From a bacterium (lineage in GTDB: Bacteria; UBA10199; 2-02-FULL-44-16; JAAZCA01), in assembly GCA_963674695.2 (NCBI GenBank), contig CAXXGI010000002.1:224001-288000 (forward strand): a DNA stretch of 64,000 bases. Direction: 5' to 3'. Below are positions 36,285-45,646 of the stretch, piece after piece. The position numbers and the translations under genes were made by a program. The stretch's first letter is position 1, and each line of letters begins with the position of its first letter. The notes below the pieces were generated by a model, which saw only the letters and a list, made by a program, of their open reading frames with translations, did not search any database and was not told the origin of the DNA.

Positions 36285-37664
36285 ATGGGAAATGAAATCA
36301 ACAGCCCCCGCCAAGCGCGGGTGGCCTGCCGAAAAGTGTTTGAAAAAGGAGGCGACGGGCGTCGCCTCTGTTTGAAAAACGTCACGGCCTGTTCGAAGGC
36401 GAACAAGGCCGACGCGAGCGAGTTCGTCTTTACAAACAATGCGGGAAAAGAGGTCACCAAACAGAGCTTCAAAGGCTGTCTGCGCTATGCCCCCAAAGCG
36501 GCGCGCAAGGGGATGTCGCTGCGTGGCGAGGAAGGCGATGCGCCGAAGACAAAGAAGAAGCGCAAGAAATCCTCCCGGCGTTCATCGAAGAAGGGCACAC
36601 CTGCGCGTGAGTCGAGCAAGCGCGACAGGATATCACGAAAGAAGGGCGCTCAGAAAAAACCGGAAAAGATTGAACGATTTATTCGAGGAAAGAATGGACA
36701 GCGCGAGCCAAACCCCCGTTCCTGTGCAAACACCGATCGGTCCGTCGTGACACAGATGCATTCGAAACTCGATTTCGTTCACGGCACTGAGTTCGTCGAC
36801 CAGATGACGATGGGAATGCACATGAGTAAGTGCAGTGAGCTGGAAGCGGGGAGCGAGGACTGCGGTTTTTGCCTCCAGGCGGTCAACGAGTGCATGCGCG
36901 CGGCCGTCTTCGGTAATCGGTTTGCGCTCTACAAGGCGGACGGAACGGTGGAAGCATTGAGTTTCATAACAGAGGATGCCAATGACTGTATCGATCACTG
37001 GCGTGCGTTGAAAAGAGATGAGGGGAGCCACATCGGTCTGTCGCGCGTGAAGCTCTCCAGCGATGACATCGATGCGGCGGTCAAGGAGGTGTTCGTGGAG
37101 TTTTCCACGAGGCGCACCTCCGTTCTGATCGAGCGCGGCGGCCACGATCTGATCTGTCAGCAGGATGCAAAAAAACCCTCGGAATGGCAGTGTCATGAGG
37201 GCGGGAAGTCGGTGATGGTCGCGCCGAAGGGGACGTTCGACATCGATATCGGCCGGGATGATACAGAGAACCCCCTCAGTTCCTCGCTCGGTTTCCTCCT
37301 GTCGGCATTGACGAGCGTTGACCTCGAACGGGCCAGTGGCGCCCAGAGCGTTGCCCTCTCGCTGATCACCGCCATGCAGGCAGACCCGAAGCTGGATATC
37401 GCCTGGGTCTATGAGAGTGCCAAGGCGAAGGAGAGAAGGCCAAGAGATGTGAACGAAGTGCGTGCCGCCATCAGGGGCGAGGGGCGCTTCAAGAAGGGGA
37501 GCGTCCAGTTCGATCTGGGCGTGGGCAAGATCTTCATGGGCAATCGCATCGCCGGGGATCTCTCGGATGTCGTCAAGGCCGAAGGCTTGAAAGACGATCC
37601 CAAAAAGATCGACATCGCCATCAGCGACGGCCGCCGCACGATCATCCTCAAGGATGTGCGATGA
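36285..37664 (+). CDS. Type-I (PRQAR-Cys) paralogue 3, with a degenerate second Cys module
   Basis: Begins MGNEINSPRQARVAC; AGGAG RBS; 54-bp exact identity with the 31411 gene. Confidence 0.85.
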   Translation: MGNEINSPRQARVACRKVFEKGGDGRRLCLKNVTACSKANKADASEFVFTNNAGKEVTKQSFKGCLRYAPKAARKGMSLRGEEGDAPKTKKKRKKSSRRSSKKGTPARESSKRDRISRKKGAQKKPEKIERFIRGKNGQREPNPRSCANTDRSVVTQMHSKLDFVHGTEFVDQMTMGMHMSKCSELEAGSEDCGFCLQAVNECMRAAVFGNRFALYKADGTVEALSFITEDANDCIDHWRALKRDEGSHIGLSRVKLSSDDIDAAVKEVFVEFSTRRTSVLIERGGHDLICQQDAKKPSEWQCHEGGKSVMVAPKGTFDIDIGRDDTENPLSSSLGFLLSALTSVDLERASGAQSVALSLITAMQADPKLDIAWVYESAKAKERRPRDVNEVRAAIRGEGRFKKGSVQFDLGVGKIFMGNRIAGDLSDVVKAEGLKDDPKKIDIAISDGRRTIILKDVR

Positions 37665-37682
37665 GCCGGAGGAGAGTTTCCC

Positions 37683-38216
37683 ATGGGAAATGAGATTACG
37701 ACACCGCGCCAGGCGCGTATCCAGTGTCGGCGCATGTTCGATGGCGATGAGGAGAAGCGCTGTCTGGACAACGTCAAGGTCTGCACGAAGAAGTACAAGG
37801 AAAGTGCAAAGGATGCGGATACCAAAGATCGGTACGAGGCCTGCCTGACCGATGCGGTGAAGGCCGTTGAGGAGGGCCGGTCGCGGCAGCGCCCATCGAG
37901 CACAACGGAAAAGCCGAAGAAGAAGGCTCCAAAACAAGATCAGACACAAAAAACAGACACCGCCGATACATCGAAGGGCAGGCGTCAGCGGATCGAAGAA
38001 TGCCTGCGCGCATGCGTCCGATGGGTTGAGCAGGCCGGGAAGAAAAACGAATGGGAAAAAGACTGTCAGTATTATTGCCCAATCCACGCCTCCGATGCGG
38101 AGGGGACGGCCACATTCATCGAATGCCTGGAGAATGATACGGCTTCGAGGGCGTACCGAAATACCATGAGTACGTGCAGTCAGAACGCACGCAAGGCGGA
38201 GCGTCGGCAGAAATAG
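37683..38216 (+). CDS. Type-I (PRQAR-Cys) paralogue 4, short, with a different Cys-rich C-domain
   Basis: Begins MGNEITTPRQARIQC...CLDNVKVC; GGAGGAG RBS. Confidence 0.85.
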   Translation: MGNEITTPRQARIQCRRMFDGDEEKRCLDNVKVCTKKYKESAKDADTKDRYEACLTDAVKAVEEGRSRQRPSSTTEKPKKKAPKQDQTQKTDTADTSKGRRQRIEECLRACVRWVEQAGKKNEWEKDCQYYCPIHASDAEGTATFIECLENDTASRAYRNTMSTCSQNARKAERRQK

Positions 38217-38339
38217 TTCTCGAGATGAGAGATGATGTCAGACAGAGCTGACAAAGGTCTTCTTCCTTCGACAGACTCAAGATAAATGGTTTTGTTTCAA
38301 CGCATTGACTTCCCCCGGGAGCGGTCGTAGAACCCCCTT

Positions 38340-39089
38340 ATGTCCTCCATCTCCCTGGCGGTCGTGGCCGCGCTTTCCGATGAGATCAAGCTTCTGCGTT
38401 CGCGCTTGAACGCCGATGCCACCGTGCATCGCGGTTCCGCCCTCTTTCTGCGCGGCGAGATCGACAACCACCCCTTGCTGCTGGCGCGCTCGGGGCTCGG
38501 TCGCGAGGCGATGCGGCGGGCTATTGCCTATCTCATCGAACAGTATCGTCCGAAATGTGTCCTGCACATCGGCTATTGCGGCGGCGCCGATCCGGGGCTT
38601 GGCGTAGGCGATCTCCTCGTCGCCGAGACGGTGGTCGATGCGGGGAGTGCTGAGCGCTTTTGTGCCGATGCGGCACTCGTCACCCGCGCTGAGCGCATCT
38701 GCGGCGATGCCAAGCTGCGCGCGCGTCGAGGGACGCTGGTGACAAGCGCGGATGTCATCCCGGCACCGCACGAGAAGGCCTTCATCGGTACGCAGCACGA
38801 AGCGCATGCGGTCGATATGGAGAGTGCAGACCTGGCACGCGCGTGTGGTGATGCGGGCATTCCCTGGTGTGTCGTGCGCGCCGTCCTCGATCCGCTGAGC
38901 GAGGCCCTGCCCGAGATGGAGGGGGCGGTGACCGCATCCGGCGAAACGGATGGGCCCGCACTCGCCGCACATCTCATGTGGAACCCGCGCGACCTGATGA
39001 AGCTTCCGCGTATGGGATATCTGGCCAATCGGGCGCGCGGGGCGCTCACCGATTTCGTCCTGGCCTGGCTCGCGGGAGGCGAAGGATGA
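38340..39089 (+). CDS. PNP/UDP-family nucleosidase (MTA/SAH nucleosidase or HpnG-like)
   Basis: VVAALSDE, SGLG, GYCGG, AVDMESA and VRAVLD motifs. Confidence 0.85.
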   Translation: MSSISLAVVAALSDEIKLLRSRLNADATVHRGSALFLRGEIDNHPLLLARSGLGREAMRRAIAYLIEQYRPKCVLHIGYCGGADPGLGVGDLLVAETVVDAGSAERFCADAALVTRAERICGDAKLRARRGTLVTSADVIPAPHEKAFIGTQHEAHAVDMESADLARACGDAGIPWCVVRAVLDPLSEALPEMEGAVTASGETDGPALAAHLMWNPRDLMKLPRMGYLANRARGALTDFVLAWLAGGEG

Positions 39090-40021
39090 AGCGTGCCGCG
39101 CTCATCGTTTTAAAACTCATTCTCCTTGCGGCGATACTCATCGCCATCGCACTCGTCGTGCGCGATGCGCGCGACACGATGCCCCCCGATCGATACGTTG
39201 CCGATGCATCCGCGGCGTTTAAGTTTAAAGAGGCCGCACGCTTTCTTCCCGCCGATGCCGATCTCTGGATCGCCATCGATCTCGCCGCACTTTCACAACA
39301 CGTCTCCCTGCGCGATCACCTGATTGCACTTGCCGGCGATCAGGGCGGCATGGTGGGCGATCTGTCCGCCCTGCTCCTGCAGCCTGCCGGCTCGATGGGG
39401 ATGGCCGTCGTCGTTGGCCGCATGGGCGAGGAAGGATCGCCGCCCGCATTCGCCCTCATCCTGCAGGGGCGCTTCGATGAGGCGAGCCTCCTTCCCACCG
39501 TGCGAGGGATGTTGGCTTCGCAAGCGGATGGCATGGAAGAGCGTCCTTGCGGCGAACGGGCGCTCTTCGTTGAACGTGATACAGAGGCCCCCTTCGGCTT
39601 CATGCTGCTCGATGCAACGCACCTGATCGTGGGCGAAGCCCGAACGATCGAGGCCTTCTTCGGCGCGGGGGGGAAGCCGGCGGCATCCGCTTCCCTCGAT
39701 GGCGTCCAGCCCCAGGGGATCATCTTCGGAGCGCTCACCCTCGGGCCGCGCCTGCGCGCCCTGTTGCCCAGCATCTTTGCCGACATCCCCTCGGTGACGT
39801 TTGCGAGCATCGATCTCAAACAGTTGGTGGCAACTCTTCCCTGTACGAATGCCGATGAAGCCGCACGGCTCACCCTCTTCCTCGAAGGGATGCGTTCGCT
39901 CATCCTCCTCCAACAGCAGGGCAACCAAGCACTCGCCGCCGTGCTCGATCACTGCGCCATCTCAAGCGAGGCAAACGCCGCGCACATCACCTGCACCCTT
40001 CCCTTCAGCGCCGTGCAGTGA
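39086..40021 (+). CDS. Hypothetical protein with N-terminal membrane anchor
   Basis: ATGA overlap with the previous gene; MKRAALIVLKLILLAAILIAIALVV hydrophobic N-terminus. Confidence 0.75.
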   Translation: MKRAALIVLKLILLAAILIAIALVVRDARDTMPPDRYVADASAAFKFKEAARFLPADADLWIAIDLAALSQHVSLRDHLIALAGDQGGMVGDLSALLLQPAGSMGMAVVVGRMGEEGSPPAFALILQGRFDEASLLPTVRGMLASQADGMEERPCGERALFVERDTEAPFGFMLLDATHLIVGEARTIEAFFGAGGKPAASASLDGVQPQGIIFGALTLGPRLRALLPSIFADIPSVTFASIDLKQLVATLPCTNADEAARLTLFLEGMRSLILLQQQGNQALAAVLDHCAISSEANAAHITCTLPFSAVQ

Positions 40022-40056
40022 AGCCCTGATCGGCTGGAATGCTCCGTACTTCCTTG

Positions 40057-40439
40057 CCCGCAATCCACACCCTTCCCTTCGTCGCTCGGGCGCGCTCGCC
40101 TCCCTCGGAGCCTGTCGAAGAACCCTCCGGCTGCAAATTTCGCTGGCATCTGCCTGACAGCGTCAGATTTCGCGAAAAACCCATCAATGTAGCTACGGCT
40201 ACACCTCCTGGTTTTTCACTCATCTTCCTTGTCAGTCAGCGCCATCGAAATTTTCGCTTTCGTCGGGTTCTTCGACAGGCTCCGGCGCCACAAAAAGAGC
40301 GCAGGTTTCAACGACGTGCGTTCGATGTCCTCCTTACGTCGGCCCCGAACGCACGAAACCTGTCGCTCTTTTTGCGACTCATACGGTCGGTCTCGCAAAC
40401 GCGCCTTTAGGCTCCTCCGGGAAGGGTGTGGATTGCGGG
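40057..40439. mobile_element. Nested palindromic element: 21-bp outer stem enclosing a MITE-like unit and a long hairpin
   Basis: Outer IR cccgcaatccacacccttccc / gggaagggtgtggattgcggg; inner IR ggagcctgtcgaagaaccc / gggttcttcgacaggctcc; hairpin caaaaagagcg...cgctctttttg. Confidence 0.7.
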
Positions 40440-40552
40440 ACGAGAAAAGACGATCGTGATTCCGCTGATGAGAATGCCTCGCATGTGCGCCTCGCGCTAA
40501 GTGCGCGCATGAGCTTTTCCAACCAGTTGGGTCACGAGTGTCTTTCCCTTGA

Positions 40553-40700
40553 AGACAACGCCCTGGAGACTCTTCTGTGGGGATCTCTTCTTTCATCGCA
40601 ATCGAAGCCTATAATGATGCGATGGAAGAAGAAAAAGCCGTCGAGGCGGCGTGTGAGCCGAGGCGGCGGTCCCCATAGAAGAGTCTCCAGGGCGTTGTCT
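40553..40700 (-). repeat. Family-A structured element, copy 3 (reverse orientation, ~31-bp stem)
   Basis: Arms agacaacgccctggagactcttctgtgggga / tccccatagaagagtctccagggcgttgtct with 1 mismatch. Confidence 0.9.
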
Positions 40701-40764
40701 CACGGTTGAACGATTTTACGGCCTCATGGTTCCACAGCTTTGCCACGAAGGTGCAGATTTCGGT

Positions 40765-42474
40765 TCAGAGGAACACGGCGGTGCGTTTCATGATGCGGGC
40801 GTCGACGAGGCCGCGGTCGGTCAGGCGCAGTTCGGGAATGACCGACAGCGCGAGGAACGAGAGCGCGAGGAAGGGTTCGTCGACAGCCGAGCCCAAACTC
40901 ACCGCGATCCGATTGAGGTCGGCCAGTTTCTCTGAGACGACCTCAGCCGATGCGTTCGACATCAGTCCCGCCACGGGGAGTTCGAGTCGAGCGCGTTTTT
41001 TTCCGCCCGCAGCGATGGCGAATCCGCCGCCGCTGGCGATCAGGGCGCGTGCCGCAGCGATCATGTCGACATCGCTTGCTCCCACCACGATCAGGTTGTG
41101 CGAGTCGTGACAGACGCTCGAGGCCAGCGCGCCGCGTTTGAGGCCAAATCCGCGCACGAGTCCCACCCCCATGCGACCGCTCGCACGATGCCGTTCGATG
41201 ACCGCGAGTTTGAGGAGATCGCGCGACGGGTCGGCCGCGACGATGCCGTTTACGGGCGTCACGTCGACGATCTCCTCGCGCGTGATGATCTGGTGCGGCG
41301 TGATGCGGATGACGCGCGCGCGGCGCTTGCGCGTGCGCAGCACCAATCGTTCGGCGGCCAGTCCCTTCACATGCATCGAGTTGTGCACGCGCGGTTGTTG
41401 TTTTGGTGTGCAGGGAACGACGAGCTTTCCCTCGCGCGCGACGAGTGTGCCCCCTTTAAAGACCATCTGCGCGCGAAAGTTCTTGAGATTTTCTAGGACG
41501 ACGAGATCAGCGACGTAGCCGATCGCCACGGCACCGGTGCGTCGCTTCAAACGAAAGTAATAGGGGGCATTGTTCGTCGCCATCTGCAGCGCGGTGATGG
41601 GAGCGATGCCTTCGGCCACCGCGCTCCGAAGGATATCGTCGATGTGCCCGTTGGCGATGAGGTCGTGTGCACTGCGGTCGTCCGAGCAGAAACAGCACCG
41701 ATGAGCATTTGCGGGGGTCACGATCGAAGCGAGCTCCGAGAGATTCTTCTCGGTCGTCCCCTGACGAATCATGAGGTGCAGGCCGTCGGCCAGTTTTTCG
41801 CGTGCCTCGCGCGCCGTCGTGCTCTCGTGGTCGGAGTGGATGCCCGCGACGATATAGGCGGCAAGCGCCTTGCCCGTAAGCCCCGGCGCATGGCCATCGA
41901 CGCGCATGCCGGGGATGAGGCGAATCTTCTCGAGGATGGCGCGGGTTCCCGCGATGACTGCGGGATAGTTCATCACCTCTCCTATGCCGATCACGCGCGG
42001 AAGCTTTGTGAGTTTCTTGAGATCGTGCGCGGTGAGCCGTGCGCCGGAGGTGACGAGATTCGACTCGGGCACGCACGAGGGGAGCACGATGTTGACCGTG
42101 AGCGGAAGACCCGCGCTCGCGCGGATCATCCAGCGCACGCCCGCGGCTCCCTCGACGTTGGCGATCTCGTGCGGGTCGGCCACCACCGCGGTCGTGCCGT
42201 GTGGCACCACCGCGCGCGCAAATGCCGCCGGCGTGAGTAGGCTCGACTCGATATGGATATGGCTGTCGGTGAAACCGGCGGAGAGGTAGGCGCCCTTGAG
42301 GTCGATCGTTCGGCGCGCACGGTAATCGCCGAAACCAACGACCACGCCATCGGCGATGGCGACGCTGGTGCGGTGAATCGAGTCAGCAAAGACGGAGACC
42401 ACGCGGGCATTGGTGAGGAGGAGGTCGGCTGGGGTTCTTCCGGCAGCGACGTCGATACGGTGGCGAAGTGTCAT
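40765..42474 (-). CDS. ade: Adenine deaminase
   Basis: DSHIHIESS, DPHEIANV, GEVMNYP, DGHAP, SDHE, CSDD and HDSHN motifs. Confidence 0.95.
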   Translation of the reverse strand: MTLRHRIDVAAGRTPADLLLTNARVVSVFADSIHRTSVAIADGVVVGFGDYRARRTIDLKGAYLSAGFTDSHIHIESSLLTPAAFARAVVPHGTTAVVADPHEIANVEGAAGVRWMIRASAGLPLTVNIVLPSCVPESNLVTSGARLTAHDLKKLTKLPRVIGIGEVMNYPAVIAGTRAILEKIRLIPGMRVDGHAPGLTGKALAAYIVAGIHSDHESTTAREAREKLADGLHLMIRQGTTEKNLSELASIVTPANAHRCCFCSDDRSAHDLIANGHIDDILRSAVAEGIAPITALQMATNNAPYYFRLKRRTGAVAIGYVADLVVLENLKNFRAQMVFKGGTLVAREGKLVVPCTPKQQPRVHNSMHVKGLAAERLVLRTRKRRARVIRITPHQIITREEIVDVTPVNGIVAADPSRDLLKLAVIERHRASGRMGVGLVRGFGLKRGALASSVCHDSHNLIVVGASDVDMIAAARALIASGGGFAIAAGGKKRARLELPVAGLMSNASAEVVSEKLADLNRIAVSLGSAVDEPFLALSFLALSVIPELRLTDRGLVDARIMKRTAVFL

Positions 42475-42650
42475 GGCCGCATTGTAGCCGAGGTTGGCCC
42501 CACTTCCAAGTGTGGAGATAAACCGTTGAAATAAAGGTTTTTTCTTTCGCGGCCTGATAAACGCCGGAAAAAAAATGGCTTTACTTTTGTTTCAACTGCG
42601 GCGTATAAAGTTTCCCGGAACGGAGATGGGGGAGATACAGTTTTCTTTCG

Positions 42651-43634
42651 ATGAAGCTCTGCTCCGAACATCGGGAGCAGTTAACGCTCGCCACCGCCTA
42701 TCGTTTTTCGCAGGCCATCGTCGTTCGCGACGAGGCCAACCCGTTTACGCTCTATCGTCTCTTTCAGGATACCTTCCGCCGCCGCACCACCATCGATCCC
42801 ATCCGAACCGAGGATGATCGCATCTATGTCCTCTTCAACAATTCGATGCGCTATTTTGCCCAGACCATCCTTTTCGGAGGGCGCTTGCCCTTGCCGCATC
42901 AGTGGATCTGCGGGAGGGCGAATGGGGAGCCCGAGCAGGGTCTCCCCTTGAAGGGGCGCCCGGGGTTGGCGGCGGTGGAAGTGGGCTATGGTGCACTCAT
43001 GGGTGCGCGTCTGGATCACAGCCGATTTCATTACATGAGTCCGGATGCGCCGCTGATCGCCGGCGGCCTGGAGCTTGTGGGGGCCAACCTTGAGGGGGCT
43101 GATTTTTCCGGGGCGATTCTGGCGGGGAGCAATTTCTCCGGCGCGATTCTGGCGGGGAGCAATTTCTCCGGCGCGAACCTGACCGACGCCATCCTCGACG
43201 GGGCGTTCATGCTCGATGCGGTTTTGGTGAAGGCCATCCTGCGGCGGGTGTCCATCGATCGAGGCACGCAGGTGACGCGCGAGCAGTTGCGCAGTGGCAC
43301 GCAACGTTCCGGCGTAGTGCAGCAATGGAACCACCTGCATCCGGAAGCGGAGCCGCTGCCGGTGCTCTCGTTCTCGGAGTTACAACAGCAGTACCGTGGC
43401 CCTCAGTCGAAGGAGCCTCCGCGTGCGTCCTATTCCGGGTGGAATGAGATAGTCGAAAATACCCCTGTGCAGACCGATGTTTCGATCGACGAGATGAATG
43501 AGATGGATAGCATGGAAGCAGCGATGGACGCCCCTCCCGGGTTTGTCGGTATGATGGAAGAGATCGCGCCCGATCCCTGGTCCGACCTTGGCCTGTGTTT
43601 TTGCGTGAACGGCTCCCCGCAAAAACTTTTCTGA
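42651..43634 (+). CDS. Pentapeptide-repeat protein with acidic C-terminal tail
   Basis: ANLEGADFSGAILAGSNFSGAILAGSNFSGANLTDA; includes a near-perfect 30-nt tandem duplication. Confidence 0.8.
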   Translation: MKLCSEHREQLTLATAYRFSQAIVVRDEANPFTLYRLFQDTFRRRTTIDPIRTEDDRIYVLFNNSMRYFAQTILFGGRLPLPHQWICGRANGEPEQGLPLKGRPGLAAVEVGYGALMGARLDHSRFHYMSPDAPLIAGGLELVGANLEGADFSGAILAGSNFSGAILAGSNFSGANLTDAILDGAFMLDAVLVKAILRRVSIDRGTQVTREQLRSGTQRSGVVQQWNHLHPEAEPLPVLSFSELQQQYRGPQSKEPPRASYSGWNEIVENTPVQTDVSIDEMNEMDSMEAAMDAPPGFVGMMEEIAPDPWSDLGLCFCVNGSPQKLF

Positions 43635-43729
43635 CGATCGAAGCGAAAGACAATACAATGTAAAACTGTCTGTTGTGTCACCTCTCTCCTTCCTGCTAGT
43701 GAATCTCCTGGGGGAAAAGGAGGCACACG

Positions 43730-44791
43730 ATGAGCAACGTCGATTCCGCAGCCGTTCAACTCCACAACACCCGGATGTTCATCGCACGCAAGGTCCTGGC
43801 CAAGGCGATGGGGGCAACGAGTGAGGCTTCCGATGATGAGGTGGTCAGTTGGGCCGACCTCTTTCGGAGTCGCACCGGTGTCGATGCCTTTCAGCGGAGG
43901 CCAGACCTGTGGGCCCTGCCGCGCTCCAATCTCGACATCGTTCGAACGCCGCTTCGGGGAGATGCCGTACGAAATCCATTCGCCTGGTTCACGCGTTCGC
44001 TTACCTTTTTTCAAAAGCGTCTCGATCAATTGGATATGAGTCTTGGTTGGGGTGTGAATATGAAATCGGCATACGAGGCCTTTCTCAAAGAACAATTCAT
44101 CGAGGGCGCCATCGGCGGTCGGGATGGCCCCAAGACGCTCTGGCGGATGTTCGTCGACAACAAGCTCATCCTGAGCGGGCTGAATTTTTTCGGGATCAAT
44201 CTGCAGGATCAGATCCTGGGTCGCGTGGAGCTGCCCGATGCGAATTTTTCGAGAGCCATTCTTTCCGGGGTGAACATGCAGGCCGCGGATGCCTCGCGGG
44301 CCGTGTTCGACGGCGCCGACTTGAGCGGCGCCCGCATGCTGGCAACGCTCGCACGCGGCGCGAGCTTTGTCGGGGCCGATCTCTCCGGCGCCAACTTGAT
44401 TCATGCGAACCTGATGGGCGCTGATCTGACCGGGGCGGTCCTCGACGATGCGGATATGGAAGGGGTTTGGTTCGATAACAAGATGCGCGTGACGGTGGCG
44501 CAGCTTGAGCGTGCAAAAAACGCCGAGGCGATCATCGAGGCCATCAAGAATCCGAAACCGGATCCCTCCGATTCAGGTCCGAAGGGCGGGGCAGGTCCGG
44601 GCAAAACATCTCTGCGCCTCGTTACGAACGAAGACGGCGCGTCTCAAGCCGGCGCCGCGACGGATGACGGGTTTGGGATTACCGGCGCAGACGGATTGAG
44701 CGATCTCGATGCGGGTGATCCGCTGATGAATGGAGCGGGAGCGGCCACGGGGTTTCCGTTTGTCCTCCCCGTCTCCCCGGTGGGCGCCTGA
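43730..44791 (+). CDS. Pentapeptide-repeat protein with Gly/Pro linker and acidic-then-hydrophobic tail
   Basis: ADLSGANLIHANLMGADLTGAVLDDAD; AGGAGG RBS. Confidence 0.88.
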   Translation: MSNVDSAAVQLHNTRMFIARKVLAKAMGATSEASDDEVVSWADLFRSRTGVDAFQRRPDLWALPRSNLDIVRTPLRGDAVRNPFAWFTRSLTFFQKRLDQLDMSLGWGVNMKSAYEAFLKEQFIEGAIGGRDGPKTLWRMFVDNKLILSGLNFFGINLQDQILGRVELPDANFSRAILSGVNMQAADASRAVFDGADLSGARMLATLARGASFVGADLSGANLIHANLMGADLTGAVLDDADMEGVWFDNKMRVTVAQLERAKNAEAIIEAIKNPKPDPSDSGPKGGAGPGKTSLRLVTNEDGASQAGAATDDGFGITGADGLSDLDAGDPLMNGAGAATGFPFVLPVSPVGA

Positions 44792-45493
44792 TCAGAACTG
44801 ATAGCGCAGCGTCGGCGAGAACTGGAAGGAGACTGCCGTCGAACTACGTGCCAGGACGTGGAGCGCGGTGTCCAGCCCCAGATACCAGTGGTCCTTCCAC
44901 CGCCAGGTGATGCCGCCGCCGGGGATCATGATGTCGGCTGCGGCGTGCTTGCCGTCGATCAGCGCCAGGCCCACGCCCGCCTGCACATACGCGGAGATGC
45001 GCGGGTAGCGCGTGAAGTCGAAGAAGTAGCGCACCTTCGGAACGAAGTTCAGGATGGCGTTCGGCTTGGCGTTCGACTGAAAATCGGTTGCCACCGAGAT
45101 CCCCAGCCCCGCCGAGAGCTGTTCGAAGAAGAAGTATTCCCCCTCGGCCCCCATCGTCATCATCGCATCGATGCCCTTGTTGCCATAATAGATGCCGGGC
45201 GCGACGAGCCCCACGCGAAAGCGTCCGTCGCGGAAGTCCGGCGCGGCGCGCAGAAACGTGACCTCCTCTACGACGGCGACCTCTTCGGTCACCATCACCT
45301 CTTCGGCCGCAGCAGGTTTTGCAGCTGCGTCCGCCGGCTTCGGGGCCGCGTTCGGATCGGGAGCATCGGTCGACTCGATCTCCTCGATGATGACCGCGGC
45401 ATCGGTGTGCCCCTGTTGCGCATGCGCGGCCAGCGGCGCGGTGATGAGGAGCGCGAGGAGTGTTCCTGTGATAATGAAATTTCGTGTGAACAT
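44792..45493 (-). CDS. Small outer-membrane beta-barrel protein
   Basis: Sec signal ending AHA, amphipathic strands, C-terminal LRYQF. Confidence 0.75.
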   Translation of the reverse strand: MFTRNFIITGTLLALLITAPLAAHAQQGHTDAAVIIEEIESTDAPDPNAAPKPADAAAKPAAAEEVMVTEEVAVVEEVTFLRAAPDFRDGRFRVGLVAPGIYYGNKGIDAMMTMGAEGEYFFFEQLSAGLGISVATDFQSNAKPNAILNFVPKVRYFFDFTRYPRISAYVQAGVGLALIDGKHAAADIMIPGGGITWRWKDHWYLGLDTALHVLARSSTAVSFQFSPTLRYQF

Positions 45494-45526
45494 GTCTTCT
45501 CCCTTCGATTGTCATTTCTCATCGAT

Positions 45527-45625
45527 TGTCATCCCCGCCCTTCGGCTACGCTCAGGACAGGCTCCAGCGGGGATCTCGACGTACTCTGACAATCGAGATT
45601 CCCGCTTACCCCCTGCGGGAATGAC
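45527..45625. repeat. Composite REP-like doublet
   Basis: REP loop contains cttcggctacgctcaggacaggctcca; partner is cgagattcccgcttaccccctgcgggaatgaca. Confidence 0.8.
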
Positions 45626-45646
45626 AGCTATATCCTACGTTCATCC

